From positions 1 to 64,000 of the forward strand of contig JBITAJ010000015.1 in assembly GCA_044440125.1 (NCBI GenBank): a DNA stretch of 64,000 nt, in the 5' to 3' direction. This document shows, piece after piece, positions 58,155 to 64,000 of this stretch. Position numbers and translations under genes: made by a program. The stretch's first letter is position 1. Each line of letters opens with the position of its first letter. Origin of the DNA: Sedimentisphaeraceae bacterium JB056 (GTDB lineage Bacteria; Planctomycetota; Phycisphaerae; Sedimentisphaerales; Sedimentisphaeraceae). The notes beneath the pieces are model-generated. The model had not been told where the DNA came from, made no database searches, and saw nothing but the letters and a program-made list of their open reading frames with translations.

Positions 58155-60176
58155 GTGACGAAGATTTCTAATATAAGAAATATCATTTTGCTGGGCCACG
58201 GCGGTTCAGGAAAAACGACTCTGGCAGAGGCCATGTTGCATAAAACTGGCCAAATCAACCGTTTCGGAACGGTTGAGGATGGTACGACTGTTTGTGATTA
58301 TGACGATTTTGAGAAAGAAACCGGTCATTCCATACAATCAGCTATCGTACACACGACGTTCAAAGATCACAAGATCAACATCATTGACACCCCAGGTTTC
58401 CCCGGTTTTATCGGGAGTTCACTTCAATCTATACCTGCTGCAGGTGCCGCATTAATTGTAGTCAATGCAGTCAATGGTATTGAGGTCAACACAAGGAAGT
58501 TTGTTCAGGCGGCAGATAATGCCGGATTGGCAAAAATAATTGTCATCAACAAAATGGACAGCGAAAATGTCGATCTTGCAGAGCTTGTAGCGAACATCAG
58601 AGAAACATTTGGTACTCAGTGCCGTTGTGCCAATCTGCCCAATGGTCATGAAGTTATCGATTGTGTCGCAAATGATCAAGGCGAGTCTTTTATGAGTGCA
58701 TCTGACGCTCATACGGAATTGATCGAAAGCATTATCGAGTGTGATGATGATATCATGGAAGCTTATCTTTCAGGTGAAGAGATAAGCAAGGCTAAGGTTG
58801 AAGAGGTTTTCGTTAAGGCTATGCTTAGCGGAACTATCACTCCTATCGTTTTTACTAATGCTAAAGAGGAAGTTGGTATAGAAGATTTGCTTGAGATCGT
58901 TATTGAAAGCACGCCTTCACCTGACAAAGCTCCTCCTAAAGTAATTACTGACGGAGAAAATGAGACAACACTTACAGCTGATCCTGACGGTCCTCTTGCA
59001 GGTCTTGTCTTCAAGATTGGTGTTGATCCTAAGTCTCATATGAAATTTGCTCATATCCGCATTTTCAGCGGTACGCTCAAGTCAGATACCGCAATGTATC
59101 GAAATAATGACAAGAAATCACTGCGTCCGGGTCATATTCTGGTGAGCCAGGGCGGTGAGACAAGCGAAGTCGAAGCCGGTTATGCGGGAGACATAGTATG
59201 TCTGGCGAAAATCGATGAGCTTCATTACGGCGATCTTATACATGATGGTAAAGTACATGGTGAGTTCTCATTGCCGGTTCTGCCGCAACCTATGTTCTCT
59301 CTTGCTCTTGAGCCAGCATCAAGAGGTGATGAAACGAAGATTGGCGGAGCGCTTGATCGAATCTGTGAAGCAGACCCATGTATCAAAGCCGGACATGACC
59401 CGCAAACTAAAGAACTTGTTATTCGTGGTCTTGGTGATCAGCATCTTAAGATTAATCTTGCGAAGATGGAGTCCATCTATAAGGTGAAGGTTAATACCAA
59501 GCAGCCTAAGATTCCGTATCGTGAAACGATAGTTGGAAAAGCTGAAGGTCATTACAGACATAAAAAGCAAAGTGGCGGTGCCGGTCAGTTTGGTGAGGTA
59601 TATCTCAGGGTTGAGCCGGGTGAGCGTGATCAGGATCCTTCACTTATCACAAGCTGGGATATTTTTGGCGGTTCTATTCCGGGGCAGTTTGAGGCTCCTA
59701 TCATCAAAGGTATTCAGGATGTTATGGCAACAGGCGTACTTGCAGGGTGTCCTATGCAGGATATCAAGGTGTCTATCTATGATGGTAAGCATCACCCTGT
59801 GGATTCAAAAGAAGTTGCATTCCGTGCGGCCGGTAAAGGAGCATTTATTGATGCGGTGAGCAAGGCTAAACCTTCTCTGCTCGAGCCGATAGTTTCAATG
59901 GAAATAACGGTTCCGAGCGAGTATATGGGCGATATAACCGGCGACTTGTCTTCACGTCGCGGACGTGTTCAGGGACAGGATATGCTTGCCGGTAACATGA
60001 TGTGCATTAAGGCGCTTGTTCCGCTTTCTGAGGTTTCTAACTACAATAGTCAGCTCAAGAGCGTTACAGGTGGTCAGGGCAGTTACTCAATGGACATGAG
60101 TCATTATGAGCCTGTTCCGCCAAACGTGCAGCAGCAGATAATAGATAAATATAAAGCTGAAGCTGAAGAAGAATAA
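58155..60176 (+). CDS. Elongation factor G paralog (EF-G2-like)
   Basis: GTG start after GGAGG; GHGGSGKT, DTPGF, NKMD, KKQSGGAGQFG, HPVDS, LLEPI, DLSSRRG. Confidence 0.9.
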   Translation: MTKISNIRNIILLGHGGSGKTTLAEAMLHKTGQINRFGTVEDGTTVCDYDDFEKETGHSIQSAIVHTTFKDHKINIIDTPGFPGFIGSSLQSIPAAGAALIVVNAVNGIEVNTRKFVQAADNAGLAKIIVINKMDSENVDLAELVANIRETFGTQCRCANLPNGHEVIDCVANDQGESFMSASDAHTELIESIIECDDDIMEAYLSGEEISKAKVEEVFVKAMLSGTITPIVFTNAKEEVGIEDLLEIVIESTPSPDKAPPKVITDGENETTLTADPDGPLAGLVFKIGVDPKSHMKFAHIRIFSGTLKSDTAMYRNNDKKSLRPGHILVSQGGETSEVEAGYAGDIVCLAKIDELHYGDLIHDGKVHGEFSLPVLPQPMFSLALEPASRGDETKIGGALDRICEADPCIKAGHDPQTKELVIRGLGDQHLKINLAKMESIYKVKVNTKQPKIPYRETIVGKAEGHYRHKKQSGGAGQFGEVYLRVEPGERDQDPSLITSWDIFGGSIPGQFEAPIIKGIQDVMATGVLAGCPMQDIKVSIYDGKHHPVDSKEVAFRAAGKGAFIDAVSKAKPSLLEPIVSMEITVPSEYMGDITGDLSSRRGRVQGQDMLAGNMMCIKALVPLSEVSNYNSQLKSVTGGQGSYSMDMSHYEPVPPNVQQQIIDKYKAEAEEE

Positions 60177-60195
60177 TTTTCAGATCAATAATCAG

Positions 60196-60232
60196 AGCCG
60201 GCAGAAGATTTTAACTTTCTGCCGGCTTTTTT
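60196..60232 (+). terminator. Intrinsic terminator after the EF-G paralog
   Basis: AGCCGGCAGAA / TTCTGCCGGCT followed by T-run. Confidence 0.85.
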
Positions 60233-60282
60233 GTATTAAAATCTTATTACTGAACAAAATAAGTGAATATTAAGGAGTTTTT

Positions 60283-62292
60283 ATGAGTGGAGACAATTTA
60301 CCTCCTTTGATAGTAATTGGTTTAACAGGACCTATCGGGAGCGGCTGTACTACTTTAGCTAAATTTTTTGATGATCCAGATGATTCAAATAGGAAAAATG
60401 GAAATCAATTTCTGAGAAAATTAGTGTCTGATAATTATGTGAAAAAAATCAAATCAGATTATAAAGTTAATTGGGCAGAGCTTAACAATAAAGTCCAAAA
60501 AAAACTTGAAGAATACGCAAGAATCAAAGAACGTCTTAAAAAATTGGACGAAACTAGCATTCCGGAAAGACTGGAAGCTAAAAAGGAAAAAACTTTCAAA
60601 GAACTTGGTCGGATTTTAGAGCAAAGAGAATCTCTTAAATCGTTCAGCTTTTTAAAACCATATTACCCTAAAGACAAGTCTCACTATTTCAGAACACTTT
60701 CCATGTCAGATCTGATATTATTTAGGGTACTCAAAAGTATTGAAGAAGGTGAAAGTTCAAGCTCAAAAAAATTTGACCAAGAAGCTAAAAATGTTATTAA
60801 AAAGATAGTAGAAGATATTAAATCGTTAGATAATGTATCTGATATTAACTCTATTGCTGACTTCTACGATAAAATAAGAACTGGTGATAATATTGAACAA
60901 CTCATCCGAGTTTTTAAGAAGATTCATGACAATTGTAAAAAATTAAAAGTTGAAATGAATAAAATTTCTGATTTCAGCTATACGGAACAAATGCAACTTT
61001 TTGGTAATAATATTCGTAAATGCGGCGACCCTTTTAAGTGTAACACAGATGCAAAAGCTACTGCCCGATCAATGCAGCTCGCCGAAGATATGGTGAATAT
61101 AATTGATTTAATCTATAAGGCTAAAGAAGCCTCTTTCTTTATTATTGATTGCCTAAGGAATCCATATGAAGTATTTTATCTGAGGAAGAAAGTTTCAGAC
61201 TTTTTTCTTATAAGTATTTTTGCGGAAAAAGAAACACGTTTACTGAGAGTTAAAAATGATCAAGAAAAAATAAAGGGAGAATTGAAAGATGAAAATTTTC
61301 GTAAAAATTTTAATAGCAACGACGAACTTGATAGTGGAAAACTAATCAAAGAAAGCATCGAAAGGGCATATAAACAAAACGTTACTAAAAGCGTACAGAT
61401 TTCTGATTATGCTATAAATAACTTGCAGGACTGTTTAGATAAAGAATCTATACTGCATCTAAAGCTTTTAAGAATGATTTCGTTGATTTTAAGCCCAGGT
61501 TGCTGTAAACCAACAATGAATGAAGTTTACATGAATATGGCCTACGCAATGTCTGTAAAATCGAATTGTGTTTGCAGACAAGTTGGTGCTATTATAAAAG
61601 GCAAAGATGGTTACATTGTAGGAGCTGGCTGGAATGATGTTCCACGAGGTGAGATCTCGTGTGGCTTACGTACAATAGGGGACTTGCCTAAGAGTCCAAT
61701 ACATCGAAATATAACTATACAAGTAGGCGAAACATATTTGAAAGGTAGATACGAAAAAGACAAGAAAAACGATAACTATTCTTTAGACCAAGCATGTTTT
61801 TGTTTCAAAGATGAGATGGTGACGAAAGAAGTTTCAAAAAAGATAGTTAAGAGTCTTGAAAATTCAAAAAACGACAAATTAAAAGAACATGGTGCAGATA
61901 TTAAAAATCTTGTTAAAAATGCAGGATTGCACCAATTAGAATATTGTATGGCTTTGCACGCTGAAGAAAATGCAATCGTACAAAGCGCCAGAATTGGTGG
62001 AATGGGTATAAAGGGAGCTACAATTTATTCAACAGCACAACCTTGTACGTTATGTGCAAAAAAAATCAAACAATCAGGTATTAAAAAAGCTATTTATACT
62101 GATCCATACCCCAAAAGCCTATCAGATATATTTATGAATGAAGTTGAATTGGAGCAATTTGAAGGTGTAAAGCCACGGTCATATATGAAATTGTTCATGG
62201 CAAATCATGACCAAAAAGAATGGCAAGATCTTGAGGTTAAAAATGAAGTACCTGGTTTTGATTTTCTTGAAGATAAATACTACTATAATTAA
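60283..62292 (+). CDS. Anti-phage dCTP/dCMP deaminase (P-loop kinase + deaminase fusion, Dcd/AvcD-like)
   Basis: N-terminal IGLTGPIGSGCT, IIDCLRNPYE; C-terminal S.C..RQVGA, GWNDVP, HAEENA, PCTLC, FEGV. Confidence 0.88.
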   Translation: MSGDNLPPLIVIGLTGPIGSGCTTLAKFFDDPDDSNRKNGNQFLRKLVSDNYVKKIKSDYKVNWAELNNKVQKKLEEYARIKERLKKLDETSIPERLEAKKEKTFKELGRILEQRESLKSFSFLKPYYPKDKSHYFRTLSMSDLILFRVLKSIEEGESSSSKKFDQEAKNVIKKIVEDIKSLDNVSDINSIADFYDKIRTGDNIEQLIRVFKKIHDNCKKLKVEMNKISDFSYTEQMQLFGNNIRKCGDPFKCNTDAKATARSMQLAEDMVNIIDLIYKAKEASFFIIDCLRNPYEVFYLRKKVSDFFLISIFAEKETRLLRVKNDQEKIKGELKDENFRKNFNSNDELDSGKLIKESIERAYKQNVTKSVQISDYAINNLQDCLDKESILHLKLLRMISLILSPGCCKPTMNEVYMNMAYAMSVKSNCVCRQVGAIIKGKDGYIVGAGWNDVPRGEISCGLRTIGDLPKSPIHRNITIQVGETYLKGRYEKDKKNDNYSLDQACFCFKDEMVTKEVSKKIVKSLENSKNDKLKEHGADIKNLVKNAGLHQLEYCMALHAEENAIVQSARIGGMGIKGATIYSTAQPCTLCAKKIKQSGIKKAIYTDPYPKSLSDIFMNEVELEQFEGVKPRSYMKLFMANHDQKEWQDLEVKNEVPGFDFLEDKYYYN

Positions 62293-62341
62293 GTATAAGA
62301 TATAGTTTTAACTATTTTGAATAATTGAAAGAAGCTCTGCG

Positions 62342-63235
62342 ATGAAAAAGTCAACAGTTCTAAGCATATTTTTTTTGTTTTGCATTTTATTTTCAGGATG
62401 TAAACTAAATTCGAAATTGGTTGAAGATTCAGCATCAATTCAATTAGCCGGTGTAAAATCGAAAGACGGCGTTAACATTGCTTACTCAGTATACGGCCAT
62501 GGAGACATTACTATTGTGTTTGTTCATGGATGGAGCTGTGACAGCAGATATTGGTTCAATCAGATTCCTTACTTTGCTCCAAAGTATCGCGTTGTCTGTC
62601 TCGACTATGCCGGGCATGGCAATTCAGGCTTCGGCAGGGAAAAATATACAATTGAATCTTTCGGATATGATGTTGCGGCTGTTTTATCGGAGCTTGACGC
62701 AGAGAACGCGATTCTGGTAGGTCATTCAATGGGCGGCAGTATTGTATTACAAGCCGCAAACATTGCTCCCGACAGGGTGATAGGTGTAATTGGCGTTGAT
62801 ACATTGCATGATATGGGTATGCTTTATACGGAAGAGGAGAAGATGCAAATTTACGAGCCTCTCGCTGCGGATTTTAGAAACAATACATATCAGTTTGTGA
62901 GTTCGATGTTTCCAGAAAGTACGAATCGCAAACTGGTTGATGTAATTGCCCGTGACATGTCGTCAGCTCCAGCCGAAGCTGCACTAAACGCATTACTGGA
63001 ATATCTGAAAATATATGACAGGAATCTTGTTGAGAAGATTGATATACCTGTCAAATGTGTAAATTCAGATTTCTGGCCGTCAAACGCAGAGGGAAACAAA
63101 GAACTGAACTCCGAATTTGAGATGGCACTTATGAAAGGTTATGGGCATTTCATTATGTTGGAAGCACCTGATGAGTTCAACAGTCATTTGGATGATATGA
63201 TTGAAAGTATACTGAACTCAAATGTTTCCAAATGA
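62342..63235 (+). CDS. Alpha/beta hydrolase lipoprotein
   Basis: Lipobox FSGC; FVHGW, GHSMGG nucleophile elbow, GHF. Confidence 0.88.
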   Translation: MKKSTVLSIFFLFCILFSGCKLNSKLVEDSASIQLAGVKSKDGVNIAYSVYGHGDITIVFVHGWSCDSRYWFNQIPYFAPKYRVVCLDYAGHGNSGFGREKYTIESFGYDVAAVLSELDAENAILVGHSMGGSIVLQAANIAPDRVIGVIGVDTLHDMGMLYTEEEKMQIYEPLAADFRNNTYQFVSSMFPESTNRKLVDVIARDMSSAPAEAALNALLEYLKIYDRNLVEKIDIPVKCVNSDFWPSNAEGNKELNSEFEMALMKGYGHFIMLEAPDEFNSHLDDMIESILNSNVSK

Positions 63236-63299
63236 TGAATACTATTATCACTAAGAGTCAGATAAAGTATTGATTATTGTAATATAGGAGTTCGGGATT

Positions 63300-63719
63300 A
63301 TGCTTGAGTATCTCACTGCATGGGATTTTTTTGCAGTTGTTTTTGTTATTGCTTTCATGATCTACGGCTATTTCCAGAATTCAACAAAAGGACTTGTCTT
63401 ATCTCTTATATTGGTTCCGGCAATGCTGGTTGTATGCTTTATATCACTGGTCAATCTTGATTCCAGTTTCACTGAAATGATACTTTTAATGATATCTCCG
63501 GCATGGATAATATTTGCATTAATTCCTGTCAAAAAAATGAAATGGGCATTTATTATTTCGCCATTAGTATCAATAACTACAGTATACACAGTAAACACTA
63601 TTCAAATTGGCTACCTTGACCCCTTTTGGATAATTGGAATATTTTTTGGACTGTTCTATTCTTTTCTTGCCGACTCTTTATTAGGTTTATTAGTATATAT
63701 AATCAGAATCTCAAAATAA
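63300..63719 (+). CDS. Hypothetical small multi-pass membrane protein
   Basis: AGGAG RBS; about 5 hydrophobic segments. Confidence 0.55.
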   Translation: MLEYLTAWDFFAVVFVIAFMIYGYFQNSTKGLVLSLILVPAMLVVCFISLVNLDSSFTEMILLMISPAWIIFALIPVKKMKWAFIISPLVSITTVYTVNTIQIGYLDPFWIIGIFFGLFYSFLADSLLGLLVYIIRISK

Positions 63720-63816
63720 CTCTTAATACCAATAATATGCAAGCATTAATGGGTATACTAAAAAACTATGACGAGAAATTCAGTATACCCATTTTGATGA
63801 AAAAATAATCAATCTA

Positions 63817-63999
63817 CTATTTTGTCATAAGTTTCAGAAGCTCAAGCTGTTTCTGCTCGTATACTTCCTTGCTGATGAGTCCTTTGTCGAAAAGGTCTTT
63901 CAGCTCTCTGAGTTTTTGTTCTATCTGTTCTTTTGTAAGCGGAGTGTCAGGGTTTGTGTCAGGTGAATTGTTCTCCTTTTTATCCAGGAGAGATTTTGC
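63817..63999 (-). CDS. 3' end of a protein with a C-terminal SHOCT-like domain (truncated by the window edge)
   Basis: Manual translation ...IEQKLRELKDLFDKGLISKEVYEQKQLELLKLMTK*. Confidence 0.7.
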   Translation of the reverse strand, partial: AKSLLDKKENNSPDTNPDTPLTKEQIEQKLRELKDLFDKGLISKEVYEQKQLELLKLMTK

Positions 64000-64000
64000 C

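Noticed and set aside
60177..60282. AvcI-like antitoxin sRNA upstream of the deaminase
   Set aside because: The spacer is only 106 nt and is largely the EF-G terminator plus the RBS.

Overview
A 64-kb bacterial chromosomal segment. Gene content and style suggest Planctomycetota, probably Phycisphaerae/Sedimentisphaerales (inference). It holds five secreted proteins with C-terminal dockerin-like Ca-binding motifs, four of them GLUG-repeat proteins. It also carries queA, xerC, kdgK and a ~16-kb type IV pilus/T2SS-like cluster (PilB, PilT, second PilB/GspE, PilC, seven prepilins and a large PilX/GspK-like protein) interrupted by a four-helix-bundle (IVP/Avd-like) gene. Further along are a Ser/Thr kinase-metallophosphoesterase-GT2 operon, a DUF1015/class V aminotransferase pair, and a five-gene type II FAS/PKS-like cluster (KS, Cys->Glu KS partner, two FabZ-like genes, long ACP). 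The rest comprises sugar oxidoreductase/isomerases, a YeeE/YedE-DsrE unit, a K+-dependent membrane pyrophosphatase, a divergent EF-G and an AT-rich anti-phage dCTP deaminase. The most striking unexplained structure is a dispersed family of intergenic 7-nt-periodic arms: an AG-phased arm followed by an inverted CT-phased arm. They occur as empty hairpins or bracketing a cargo gene (the four-helix-bundle gene, a membrane-protein gene), and one is expanded to a perfect (GATAACT)9 array on the xerC ribosome-binding region. No rRNA, tRNA, CRISPR array or transposase was recognised.
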